From assembly GCA_038064575.1 (NCBI GenBank), contig JBBTST010000002.1, forward strand, positions 9,992 to 73,991: DNA of 64,000 nucleotides. The letters run 5' to 3'. Under the pieces are notes generated by a model. It was not told the origin of the DNA, searched no databases, and was given only the letters and a program-made list of their open reading frames with translations. Position numbers and translations under genes: made by a program. Below are positions 10,966 to 20,683 of this stretch, piece by piece; within the stretch, counting starts at the first letter, position 1; each line of letters opens with the position of its first letter. This DNA is from Patescibacteria group bacterium (GTDB lineage: Bacteria > Patescibacteriota > WWE3 > UBA101185 > 2-01-FULL-41-18).

Positions 10966-12045
10966 ATGAATAAGCCTTTTTTAAAGAGCTTTATTAGAGA
11001 TAAAAGAAAAGTATTTTCTTTGACTCTTGAGGTTTTAGTTTTTGTCTTAATATCATATTTTTTTGGGATAGTTACAAAGGCCAATTATAAAGAGGCATGG
11101 GAGTTTGAGACCAGCGATATGTTTCATGAGTTCCAACAGGCTAATGATGTAAGAGCAGGGCTAAATCCCTATAAAAGAATTCTTTCAGGGGACCTGCTTA
11201 TTAATAAAAAATACGCAACATTATTTCCATTATATTACTATTTTTTGACCTTTGTTGGTTCTTTCTCAAATTACAATTTTGAGATTTTTATTGATCACAT
11301 AAGAACAGTACTTTTTTGGTCCGCACTTTTAGGGTCAGCTTTTTTATACATTTTTTTCAGACAGAAAAATATGAAAGTCCTTGGATTTCTTGCAGTGGTG
11401 CTTTTTTTATTTAATCGATGGAGTATTAATACACTTAGTGATTCAAAACAGGATTTTATAGCAATAGCCTTTTTGATAGTAAGTCTTCATTTCTTTAATT
11501 CAAAACAAAAACTAGCTTATTTATTTTATGGGCTTTCTCTTGGGATAAAGCATCTAGGCATTTTTGTGTTCCCGCTTTTTTTGACACCCTTTATTTATAA
11601 AGAACAAAAACCCAAAAAGTTTTTTTTAAGTTTATTGTTTTTGTTCCTTCCTGTTTTGATTCCAGCTCTTCCTTTTTTATTAAATGATTACAAAGCCTTT
11701 CTCTTTTCTATGCTGTTTTCCTTTACAAGAAAGCCCGCCACAACCAGCATTCCATTTGGTTATGAGAATCTGCTTATTTTGTATAATATTGGAGTTAAAA
11801 ATAATAAAGTAATCTACTACCTTATTCCTAGGATCCCATTACTGTTTTCAATGCTTTTAAATATTTATTTGTTATTTACAAAACGAATCCCTGTCTATTT
11901 TTATCCTGTTGTTTCCCTGTTTTTATTTATATCTTTTAATCCAGTCTTGTTTGATCAATATCTTACATGGGTTACACCGCTCTTGCTTATGGGTGTAGTA
12001 GAAGTATCTGCTGTCAAAAAGGAAAAGGTACATGGAAAAATATAA
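10966..12045 (+). CDS. GT-C (GT87-like) membrane glycosyltransferase
   Basis: SD..LNPY..Y.TLFPLYY, KQD, GIKH, FDQY motifs. Start placed at ATG 10966, 6 nt after TATTAT; ORF track starts at 10948. Confidence 0.7.
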   Translation: MNKPFLKSFIRDKRKVFSLTLEVLVFVLISYFFGIVTKANYKEAWEFETSDMFHEFQQANDVRAGLNPYKRILSGDLLINKKYATLFPLYYYFLTFVGSFSNYNFEIFIDHIRTVLFWSALLGSAFLYIFFRQKNMKVLGFLAVVLFLFNRWSINTLSDSKQDFIAIAFLIVSLHFFNSKQKLAYLFYGLSLGIKHLGIFVFPLFLTPFIYKEQKPKKFFLSLLFLFLPVLIPALPFLLNDYKAFLFSMLFSFTRKPATTSIPFGYENLLILYNIGVKNNKVIYYLIPRIPLLFSMLLNIYLLFTKRIPVYFYPVVSLFLFISFNPVLFDQYLTWVTPLLLMGVVEVSAVKKEKVHGKI

Positions 12046-13330
12046 TATAGTTTGTCTCTCAAATCAGTTTTTTGACCAAGAGTTAAAAACCAATAAATGG
12101 CATATGATGACCAGGCTTTCAAGATTGGGGCACAATGTTGTTTTTGTTGATCCTCCAACAAGGTTTGCCAGGGTTAAACGACTTTTAAAAAGAGAGCTTT
12201 CTCTATTTCACTTTCTAATAGGGCTAAAAAGACATAACGGGGGGAACCTCCTTGTGTATACCCCAATTAATTTGTTTAACTTCAGTCCTTTTTCTATTTT
12301 TAATATTCTGGTCCAAACGCTTAGAATAAATACTTTTCTGAGAAGTTTTGAGAAAAGGAGAACTATTCTTTGGGTTTATCACTTTGACTATCCCGGTCTT
12401 GAAAAGCTCTTGAAAAGAATTAACTATGATTTGTTGGTTTATGATGTTGTAGATGAATATAGTTCCTTTCCTGAATATTTGGAGAAATCAAGTCTTAACA
12501 AGGGTCTTGTGAGAGTTATAGAGTCTTTTGATAACGCGCTAAAGATAAAACTTAACCAGGGAGGATTAAGCGGTAAGGCTTGGGTAAATTATAGAGAAAC
12601 CTTACTGTCAAAATGCTCAGATATCATCTTTGCTACAACTCCTGCGTTAGTAGAAAAGTTTAAGAAATTGTGCATGAAACTTGGGAAAAATGAGAACCTG
12701 GTGTTTTACACTCCCAATTGCGGAGATTACGAGAGGTTTAAAAATTCAAAATCTTACAAAAATGACCTCCCAAATGATTTAGGTACTATTCCCTCTCCTG
12801 TTATTGCAACCGCAGGAGCAATTGACTCCTATAAAATTGATGTGAAACTTATTGAAAAATGTGCAAGAAAGTATCCTCAGTTCTCTTTTGTTTTGATTGG
12901 GCCTAAAAAAGTCTCAGATCCTAATCTTGATCTGACTCAGCTTCTAGCCTCTCCAAACGTTTATTTTTTGGGAGAGAAAAAATTTCAAGATTTGCCAAAA
13001 TACTATGCTGGAATTGATTGTTATTTCATTCCTTACAAGCTAAATGATTATACTTTAGGTGGGTGTTATCCGGTTAAGTTTCATGAAGCGCTGTCTGTTG
13101 GACTTCCGGTAGTGGTTACCAACATGCCTGTATATAAAGATTTTGAAGACATTTGTTATATAGCCAAGTCAGACGAAGATTTTGTTAGTCTAATTGATGT
13201 TGCTTTAAGAGAAGATAGTGATGAAAGGGCAACAAGAAGAAAGATTGTTGCAAGCAAAAATTCCTGGGAAGTGAAAGTTGAGAAAGTTCTTAAGATACTT
13301 GAAGATTATGAAAGTACTGTCTCAAGATAA
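12032..13330 (+). CDS. GT4 glycosyltransferase (TuaH-like)
   Basis: VYDVVDEY, PVKFHEALSVGLPVV, NSWE motifs. Confidence 0.85.
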   Translation: MEKYNIVCLSNQFFDQELKTNKWHMMTRLSRLGHNVVFVDPPTRFARVKRLLKRELSLFHFLIGLKRHNGGNLLVYTPINLFNFSPFSIFNILVQTLRINTFLRSFEKRRTILWVYHFDYPGLEKLLKRINYDLLVYDVVDEYSSFPEYLEKSSLNKGLVRVIESFDNALKIKLNQGGLSGKAWVNYRETLLSKCSDIIFATTPALVEKFKKLCMKLGKNENLVFYTPNCGDYERFKNSKSYKNDLPNDLGTIPSPVIATAGAIDSYKIDVKLIEKCARKYPQFSFVLIGPKKVSDPNLDLTQLLASPNVYFLGEKKFQDLPKYYAGIDCYFIPYKLNDYTLGGCYPVKFHEALSVGLPVVVTNMPVYKDFEDICYIAKSDEDFVSLIDVALREDSDERATRRKIVASKNSWEVKVEKVLKILEDYESTVSR

Positions 13331-13417
13331 GCCTGGGTAATGATATGTACCTGACCACTACAGTATGTATAATATATTAAATGGGTCATAGTAATTAATT
13401 GTTGAAGGACATTAAAA

Positions 13418-13897
13418 ATGAAAAGACTGCTCTTTACCTCTTCCTTTCTTGCAATCATAGCCGGATTTATTTTGGTTAGCGGCGCAACGTGGGCTATTTA
13501 CTTTACCTACACTAATATCGCTCTGGAAAACATCACAACTCCCGAAGATGCCTCCATTCCCAACACGCCAGTTCGAGGCCCTCTCACCCTAAAGGCCCAG
13601 GCCGATATTATAAGAATTCACGCGCTTCGCATAGCAGGGGGTAAAACCTACGCCGAAATGCCGCGCCAGATACCAAAACTCGACGAAAAAGGCAACAGCG
13701 TGCTTGATGACAAAGGGAATCCCGTTATGACGGCCAACACGACACGTGATATTTGGGTCACGGCAACAACTCTTAGGACCGCGTTACATTTAGCTATTCT
13801 TACCTACGCTTTTTCAGGTTTTACGCTGTTGTTTGGATTAATTTCAATCTGGACAGGGGTTATATTCTTAGCCTTGAGTAAAAGAAAATTAAAATAG
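13418..13897 (+). CDS. Two-TM membrane protein of the family often mislabelled 'aromatic ring-opening dioxygenase LigA'
   Basis: ENITTPEDA...GPLT..AQADII..HAL...GGKTYAE...LRTAL pattern; codon usage visibly more C-rich than neighbours. Confidence 0.7.
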   Translation: MKRLLFTSSFLAIIAGFILVSGATWAIYFTYTNIALENITTPEDASIPNTPVRGPLTLKAQADIIRIHALRIAGGKTYAEMPRQIPKLDEKGNSVLDDKGNPVMTANTTRDIWVTATTLRTALHLAILTYAFSGFTLLFGLISIWTGVIFLALSKRKLK

Positions 13898-13988
13898 CTT
13901 AGTCTTTTTGGGGTTTTCGCTTAAGCTCACTCCGATTACAATCGTAACAATCTGTCTGTCGTTACTACTCTCTATATAGCATAACGGC

Positions 13989-14042
13989 TTTCCTCGCGTA
14001 GCAGGAAGCTCCAAGCTTTAGCTTGGAGAGGAATGCTGCGAA
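13989..14042 (+). mobile_element. Isolated IS200/IS605-family end hairpin (no transposase)
   Basis: GAAG-CTCCAAGC-TTTA-GCTTGGAG-AGGAATGC: perfect stem at 14009-14028 with TTTA loop, resembling IS200/IS605 subterminal palindromes. Confidence 0.6.
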
Positions 14043-14114
14043 ATATGGTTCATATCTGAACTTTACAGTGTTCGGATTCGTTTTAGAACTCGTGTTCTTG
14101 GTATAATGATTTTA

Positions 14115-15242
14115 ATGGCAAGAATCCTTTTTGTTTCTAATTCTTCGAATCCGGGTGGGATGGAAAAGCACGTTAAAGATTTGGTTGTGGGTATGAGAAA
14201 AAAGAGGCATGAAGTGTTTGTATGGTGTCCTAGTGGCGTCATGGCAGACGTATACGAAAATGAGGGGGCTAAGGTAATTAGGCTTGCTATACAATTTGAT
14301 GTTGACCCCTTTTATATAGTTACCCTCTTTTACTTTCTTATAAGAGAGCACATTGATATAGTACATGCCCATGAGTTGAAAGCCGTTGTGAATTCGCATT
14401 TAGCGGCTTTTTTGGCAAGAGTAAAAGTTAGAATTTCTCACAGCCATACCCCAATTTCTACATGGAAGAAAGCGTTTTTAGGCTCAAAACTAACCTGTTT
14501 TTTTTACTCCACTTTTGTGAATATGTTTTCTACAAGAGAGCTGGCCTTGACTGAACAGATAAGAAAAATCAAGATAAAGGAAGGTATTAAGGCAGAAAAG
14601 TTGATAGTAATCCCGAATGGGATTGATACTAAAAAATATGATATTCCAAAGACGGTGCGTGAGGGTTATAAAAACGAGATTAAGTCCCGATATGGCGTAC
14701 CAAGAGATGCCTTTGTGCTTGGGAATTTATCAAGGCTTTCCATTGAGAAAGGGTATGACACCCTTATTGAAGCTTTTTCTCTACTTAAGGATCCCTCAAG
14801 TTATCTTTTTATAGGTGGGGGCGGGGTTTTAGAAGAAGTGATTTCTGGCAGTGCTAAGAAACTTGGGATATATGAGCAAACAATAATAACAGGACTTTTT
14901 GAAGAAGAAGATAAGGTCAAGTTTTTATCATGTCTTGATTTACTGGTTTTTCCAAGCCAAACAGAGGGCTTTGGTTATCTACCTTTGGAAGGTCTTTGTT
15001 TTGGACTTCCTGTAATTGTTTCTGATATTCCTGCATTAAAGGAGGTGTGTAGGGAATATGTTACTTATTTTAAAAAAGGAAATGCTTTAGATCTTACCGG
15101 CAAAATAAGAGAAGTGAAAGATAAACTTGGCTCTTTCACTTTTGAAGAAGTAGTAAGCTTTATTAACAAAACTTATTCACTAGAAGTGTTTTGGGATTCT
15201 TATAACAGGCTCTATGAAAATTCTCTTTCAAACAAGATTTGA
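14115..15242 (+). CDS. GT4 glycosyltransferase
   Basis: GGMEKH, IPNGID, RLSIEKG, EGFGYLPLE; start at ATG 14115 (ORF track 14106). Confidence 0.9.
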   Translation: MARILFVSNSSNPGGMEKHVKDLVVGMRKKRHEVFVWCPSGVMADVYENEGAKVIRLAIQFDVDPFYIVTLFYFLIREHIDIVHAHELKAVVNSHLAAFLARVKVRISHSHTPISTWKKAFLGSKLTCFFYSTFVNMFSTRELALTEQIRKIKIKEGIKAEKLIVIPNGIDTKKYDIPKTVREGYKNEIKSRYGVPRDAFVLGNLSRLSIEKGYDTLIEAFSLLKDPSSYLFIGGGGVLEEVISGSAKKLGIYEQTIITGLFEEEDKVKFLSCLDLLVFPSQTEGFGYLPLEGLCFGLPVIVSDIPALKEVCREYVTYFKKGNALDLTGKIREVKDKLGSFTFEEVVSFINKTYSLEVFWDSYNRLYENSLSNKI

Positions 15243-16371
15243 CAGCTTTAAAAATACCGGTGGGGATACTCTTCAGCTTCTTAAAACTAAAGAGGAGCTT
15301 GAAAAACTTGGCTGTGAAGTTGTAATTGACTGCAATTATAAAATCAATTTAAGCACTTTTGATATTGTTCATGTTTTCCAACTTGATTGGACTCCCGAGC
15401 CGTATCTTCAGGCTCTTAATGCCAAAAGACAGGGGAAAAAAATTGTTGTTTCTCCAATTCATCATTCGGAAAAGGAGGTAGTTGAGTTTGAGGAAAGGGT
15501 AAGGTACAACTTCAGGATTCTGGCTAACATGTTTTTAAAAAAACAAGAGCAAAGAGATGTTTTAAAAAACATTTATAGATCAGTTTTTGATACAAGAAAA
15601 TTGTATCCAACCCTGCTTTCTGTGATAGAGGGTTTTAGAAATGAACAAAGGAGTGTGCTTAAGTTTTCAGATGCCGTTTTGGTACAAACCAGAAAAGAGT
15701 TGGAGGATATTAAGAGAGACTTTGAAATTGATGTTTACGCTAAAGGCTTTGTTATTCCAAATGGCGTGGGGGAGAAGTTTTTTTTGACTGAGCAAAGGAG
15801 TCAAGCTCATGAAACGCAGGTTTTGGGAGATGGTTATTTTTTGACTGTGGGAAGAATAGAACCCAGGAAAAATATTATTGCAATTGTAAACGCTGTTGAT
15901 TCCTTGCGTAAGAAAAGTAACCTAGACTTGAATTTAGTAGTTGTTGGAGCTATGAATAAGAACAATTGGGATTACTACTATCATTTTCTTTCAAGAATAA
16001 AAGGTATGTCTTTTGTTAAACATGTAGAACGAGTTCCTTATGATAATATGCCTGGTCTTTATAGAAAAGCTAAAGTTTATGTTTCAGCCAGTTTTTTTGA
16101 AACAAGCGGGCTAACACTCTTGGAAGCAGCCGTTTGTGGGTGTCAGGTTGTTGCCAGAAATGGGGATACAGGAGAAAGAGTAAGGGAGTATCTTCTTGAT
16201 TTTCCATTTTACTGTGATCCTTTTAGTATGGCTTCAATAAGCGATGCTTTGTATGAGGCTTTAAACTCCAAAAAGAAGACTTTCTCCCCTTTGGGCATAG
16301 AAAAATTCAAATGGAGTGCTGTAGCTAAAGAAACTCTAAGCATCTATAATGGACTTATTGGACGGGCATAA
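15214..16371 (+). CDS. GT4 glycosyltransferase
   Basis: GGDT, IPNGV, GRIEPRKN, ETSGLTLLEA. Confidence 0.9.
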   Translation: MKILFQTRFDSFKNTGGDTLQLLKTKEELEKLGCEVVIDCNYKINLSTFDIVHVFQLDWTPEPYLQALNAKRQGKKIVVSPIHHSEKEVVEFEERVRYNFRILANMFLKKQEQRDVLKNIYRSVFDTRKLYPTLLSVIEGFRNEQRSVLKFSDAVLVQTRKELEDIKRDFEIDVYAKGFVIPNGVGEKFFLTEQRSQAHETQVLGDGYFLTVGRIEPRKNIIAIVNAVDSLRKKSNLDLNLVVVGAMNKNNWDYYYHFLSRIKGMSFVKHVERVPYDNMPGLYRKAKVYVSASFFETSGLTLLEAAVCGCQVVARNGDTGERVREYLLDFPFYCDPFSMASISDALYEALNSKKKTFSPLGIEKFKWSAVAKETLSIYNGLIGRA

Positions 16372-16377
16372 ATTACT

Positions 16378-19300
16378 ATGTTTTTTTCTGAACTTTTTCT
16401 AGTAATATCAATTTTTGTTTTGTGCCTGTTTTTGGCTCATGAAGACTTGCGCTCAGCTTTTGTCTTCTTACTTTTAGTATCACCTCTTCTACACAAAGAA
16501 GTATTTAGTCTTGTTAGGTGGGACTTACTTCCAATAAGAATTGTAATGCTTTCTATTTTGTTTGTATGTGGGGTTAAGTTTATATTTTTTGTAAAAAAGA
16601 AAAAGCTTTCTCAGATGAAAGAGTACATTAATGATCCACTGCTTATTCTTTTATGCCTCTTGTGGGGGATAAGGCTCCTTTCTCTGATTAACTCTAAGAA
16701 TCTTGGAGCAAGTCTTTTGATTTTTTCATTTTTTACAACTATGGTTTTTCTTTACATTCTTATAGTTTATCTTTCAAAAAAGTATAAAGAGAAATTTGTT
16801 CTGACAAGCATTAAGTTTTATAGTTTGGTTTCTTTGGCTACAGCAATTATTGCCCTGTTACAGTTTTATCTTGACTATAAGTACAAAATAATTTTTGGGG
16901 CTCTTTGGAGAATACCGGGAAAATTATCCAGGGTAGGATCAGTTTTTTGGGATGTAAACCATTATGCAGGTTACATATCCGCTATGATTCCCATAGTAAT
17001 AGGATTGATGTTAGCCTCTAAGACGCTTTTTTCCAGACTATTTTACGCAATTTCTGCCCTTATTATGACAATAGTTTTGCTTTTAACTAATTCCAGGAGC
17101 GCTTGGATTGGGTTTGCGGCAGCTATTACGTTAATTGCTTTAAGAGTGTTTATTCAAAAGTTTGGTTCAAAAAAATTACTTCTGGTTTTTACTCTTATTG
17201 CTGTTGTTTTTGTGTATGGACTCAAGGAATTTAATATAAAAGAGAGTGTGTTTAGAGAAAAGATTAGATCCTATTTTCAATACAGGGGAGACTCATTTGC
17301 CAGCCATTTTATGCTCTTAACGGGTGCTTATCAGATATTTGAGAGCCATCCAGTTTTGGGAGGAGGATACGGAAGCTTTTTTGAGCATTTTAAAGATACT
17401 CCTGTTGCCGCTACTTATTACGCAAGAGATCCTGCAGCTCTTTCAGGAAGAGTTCCGGCTCACAGTATTTGGGGGGAGGTTCTTTCAGAAACAGGATTTG
17501 TTGGATTCACTATATTTGTACTGTTGGTTTTGTTTATTCTTGGAACTGTTTATTACTCCTCAAGAGTTCTTGAAAGTAAAAATAGCATTGGCGAATCAAA
17601 TATGATTTTTTCGTTTGGGTCGGCAATTGTAGCGTTTTTGGTATCCGGTATATTTTATTCCTACAATGCTGAATTCTTTTTTATAATTTTATTTTTAACG
17701 TTTGTTTATGCAAGATTGGTTCTTGGTGAAAAATATGATCCTTTTATTATCTTTTCTTATATTTCTCAGAAAAAAAGTTTTTTGGGTGTGCTGATTCTAC
17801 TTATTTCTACTTTTCTAATTTTTTCAGATCTTGAGAGAAACCATCTAATTCCGTGGGATGAAGCTATATATGCCAAAGTTGCAAAGAATATGGTTAAGAA
17901 CAAAGAATATTTTACTTTGTTTTGGGATTCGTCAAAACCCTGGTTTGAAAAACCACCGCTTTATATGTGGTTTTCGGCACTTTTAATACATGTTTTTGGA
18001 GTCTCGGGTTTTTCTGCTAAGCTGCCTTCAGCAATTTTTGGACTAGGGACGCTTGGTGTTGTCTATATGATTGGAAGAAGACTGTTTGGCGGTTTGACGG
18101 GTTTTTTGGCTGCCATTAGTCTTGTTTCTACGGTTTACTTTTTAAGATATTCAAGAATAGGAATGTTAGATGTTTCAACTACATTTTTCATAGCTTTAGC
18201 TTTGTATTTTTATTATTTTTCTTTAGATTCAAAGGAGGGAAGGTTTAGGTTTTTAGCCTATATATTGAGTGGCTTATCCTGCGGACTTGCTTTTATGACC
18301 AAAGGAGTTGTGGGTTTACTTCCAGTTTTTGTTATTTTAGCCTCAGAAATTTATTTATTGATAACAAAAGAGAAAAAGTTAAATCTTAAATCTTATTGGC
18401 ATTTTATTTTCTTTTTTCTTGTAGCATTTCTTACAATAGCTTTGCCATGGCATTTGTGGATGTTTGTTAAGTATAAATACACATTCCTAAACAGTTATTT
18501 TGGATATCATGTAGTAAAAAGAGTTACGGAATCTATTGAAGATAAGGGGCAGCCTTTTTTTTGGTACTTAGTTGTTTTAAGAACAAGCATGAGATTGTGG
18601 TTTCCGGTTCTGCTTGGTTCTTTAGGGGCTTTTGGCTTTTCAGTTTTGGGTAAAAAAGTTGGTGAAAACACTAAATTTAAGAGCGCGGTTTTCCAATTAT
18701 TTAAAGATTACAACTCCAGAAACAGTGTGTTAATTTTGATTCAGTTTTTGGTAATATTCTCCTTCTTTTCTATCTCCGTTTCAAAGATTATTTGGTATAT
18801 CACACCTTTGTATGTGTCTGCTTCTCTTTTAGTGTCCTACACAATTGTTTACTTTTATGAAAAAGTTTTGTTTAGGATAGATCCGGAAAGAAGGCTAGGT
18901 TATAAATTCATTCTTGTTTTCTTAACTGCAAGCTTTGGGCTTTTTTATCTATTTACTGTTAGACAGCTTGCTTACTTGTCCAATGACACAGGAGCTAAGG
19001 CAAGAATTATTATGGAAAAAGATAGGTTAGTTGGACTGTCTCCAAAACTTTTTTATGATAGGATAGAAAAGCCTTTGGCGGTTTACTATAGTGATGGAGA
19101 GATTCAGGAAATTGACTATACTCCGCTAGTTGATGAGATATCAGATGCCGGTTTTGGTGAGTCTATAGTTTTTATTACCAAGCAGTCAAGGTTTGATAAG
19201 CTTCAGACTAAATTTTCAAATATTACGCTTTTAGCCTCAGATGAAGAATTGAGACTTGGCATAGCCAAATCTGAGAAACAGTTATTAGATGAGGCTATTA

Positions 19301-19467
19301 TAGACCTGAAACTGAAAGTTGATCTAATCATGGACAAGTCTTTAGAGGAAGGCATTTCTTTGGAAGAGGGTAGGAATCTTCTGAATTATCAGAAAAATTT
19401 GGATATGTTAATAAAAATAAGAGAACAAAAGTTAAGTTCTTTTGATGAAAGTGGGGATAAGCAGTGA
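16378..19467 (+). CDS. Fusion of O-antigen ligase (WaaL/Wzy_C) and ArnT/PMT_2 GT-C
   Basis: N-half: DVNHY, TNSRSAW, PVLGGGYGSF, PAHS..E.LSETG. C-half: WDEAIYA, WFEKPPLYMW, MTKG, PWH, PFFWY. Confidence 0.85.
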   Translation: MFFSELFLVISIFVLCLFLAHEDLRSAFVFLLLVSPLLHKEVFSLVRWDLLPIRIVMLSILFVCGVKFIFFVKKKKLSQMKEYINDPLLILLCLLWGIRLLSLINSKNLGASLLIFSFFTTMVFLYILIVYLSKKYKEKFVLTSIKFYSLVSLATAIIALLQFYLDYKYKIIFGALWRIPGKLSRVGSVFWDVNHYAGYISAMIPIVIGLMLASKTLFSRLFYAISALIMTIVLLLTNSRSAWIGFAAAITLIALRVFIQKFGSKKLLLVFTLIAVVFVYGLKEFNIKESVFREKIRSYFQYRGDSFASHFMLLTGAYQIFESHPVLGGGYGSFFEHFKDTPVAATYYARDPAALSGRVPAHSIWGEVLSETGFVGFTIFVLLVLFILGTVYYSSRVLESKNSIGESNMIFSFGSAIVAFLVSGIFYSYNAEFFFIILFLTFVYARLVLGEKYDPFIIFSYISQKKSFLGVLILLISTFLIFSDLERNHLIPWDEAIYAKVAKNMVKNKEYFTLFWDSSKPWFEKPPLYMWFSALLIHVFGVSGFSAKLPSAIFGLGTLGVVYMIGRRLFGGLTGFLAAISLVSTVYFLRYSRIGMLDVSTTFFIALALYFYYFSLDSKEGRFRFLAYILSGLSCGLAFMTKGVVGLLPVFVILASEIYLLITKEKKLNLKSYWHFIFFFLVAFLTIALPWHLWMFVKYKYTFLNSYFGYHVVKRVTESIEDKGQPFFWYLVVLRTSMRLWFPVLLGSLGAFGFSVLGKKVGENTKFKSAVFQLFKDYNSRNSVLILIQFLVIFSFFSISVSKIIWYITPLYVSASLLVSYTIVYFYEKVLFRIDPERRLGYKFILVFLTASFGLFYLFTVRQLAYLSNDTGAKARIIMEKDRLVGLSPKLFYDRIEKPLAVYYSDGEIQEIDYTPLVDEISDAGFGESIVFITKQSRFDKLQTKFSNITLLASDEELRLGIAKSEKQLLDEAIIDLKLKVDLIMDKSLEEGISLEEGRNLLNYQKNLDMLIKIREQKLSSFDESGDKQ

Positions 19468-20628
19468 AATTGCAACCAAGGATAGAAAAGAGCTTCCTAG
19501 GTTTGAGAAAGCTACTCCAAAAACCCCAACAGTCTTAATCAAAACTAAGTTAAGAGTAAGTAGTATAAATATTTTCAATAGTTGAACGGTAAAAAGTACC
19601 TTTGTTTTATGAAAAATATAATATATGTTTTCCAAAAATGAGGAAGATGCCGTAAGGGCCGCGCTTATTGAAAGAATATAACTTAATTCTATTAAACTTT
19701 GATACTTGTCATTGAATATAAATTTTAATAAGGGTCCTGTTGCAGCAAGCATTACAAAAAGTGAAAGAACCAGATACACAAGCGGTAAAAAAACAGTTTT
19801 TGAGGTCAGTAGCCCCTTCTTTGTCTGTTGGGCGTTTTTTGGAAGGAAAACGGTAAACAAAGTTAAGGAAGCTAGTGAAAAAATAGTTGATATTTTTTCA
19901 GCCAAAGCAAAGGAGGCAACTTGAGTTAATCCTAAACTGGACTTGATCATTGTGCTATTTATCAAAGGTACTATAAGAATTAATGCTTGAGACACACCAG
20001 CAGGGGTTCCCAGTACAAGGAGCTGTTTTACCTTACCTTTTTCTTCAGACTCAGTCTTGGTTTGAATTGAACTGAGTGCTTTCTTGGAAAAAGCTAATGG
20101 AAATGCAACCAATAAAGAAGCCAGATAAAGAAGAGAGAACTGATAAAAGTTATAGGAAACAACTGAGGCTATGGCAAGTAATGCGAATACAGCTTTTACA
20201 ACTGCAGGCAGAAAGTTTATAAGAGAAGTCTTAAGAAAATCTTCTTTTAGTTGGAATAAGGCAAATAGGTAGTCGTTGATTAAATAGCCTATAAATCCTA
20301 AGGAAAGAGCAAAAAAAGTGTAAAAATCAGAAATTGAAAAAAAGTTGAGGAATGCAAAACACAAAACAAAAGCAACAAGGCCAAAATAAACCTTTAGTTT
20401 AAGAAGTGCTTTTGAATAGTCAGTTTTTTCTTGTATAGAGAGAGTAACAAACGCCGGAGTTGTACCAAGCTCTGTGATTTTGGCAAAGAAGACAAAGCTT
20501 GCTGTTAGTACAGCAAACTTAGCGTAGTCGTCTGTTGGAAGTAATCTTGCAGAGGCTATTAGAAAGATAAAACCCCCAATACCATTTGCTAGGTTGGATA
20601 CGCCAACCATGAGGAGATTTTTTGTCAT
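19432..20628 (-). CDS. Polysaccharide flippase (Wzx/MATE-like)
   Basis: About 12 TMs, ARLLPTDDYAKF, TVFLPK, GVFGVAFS; start at ATG 20628 (the ORF-track extension overlaps the divergent gene). Confidence 0.85.
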   Translation of the reverse strand: MTKNLLMVGVSNLANGIGGFIFLIASARLLPTDDYAKFAVLTASFVFFAKITELGTTPAFVTLSIQEKTDYSKALLKLKVYFGLVAFVLCFAFLNFFSISDFYTFFALSLGFIGYLINDYLFALFQLKEDFLKTSLINFLPAVVKAVFALLAIASVVSYNFYQFSLLYLASLLVAFPLAFSKKALSSIQTKTESEEKGKVKQLLVLGTPAGVSQALILIVPLINSTMIKSSLGLTQVASFALAEKISTIFSLASLTLFTVFLPKNAQQTKKGLLTSKTVFLPLVYLVLSLFVMLAATGPLLKFIFNDKYQSLIELSYILSISAALTASSSFLENIYYIFHKTKVLFTVQLLKIFILLTLNLVLIKTVGVFGVAFSNLGSSFLSLVAISLLIPTFIKRT

Positions 20629-20683
20629 AGAGAAATCATAGCATTTTTGCCTAAAAGACCCTAAAAAAGGTAGAATTGTATGA

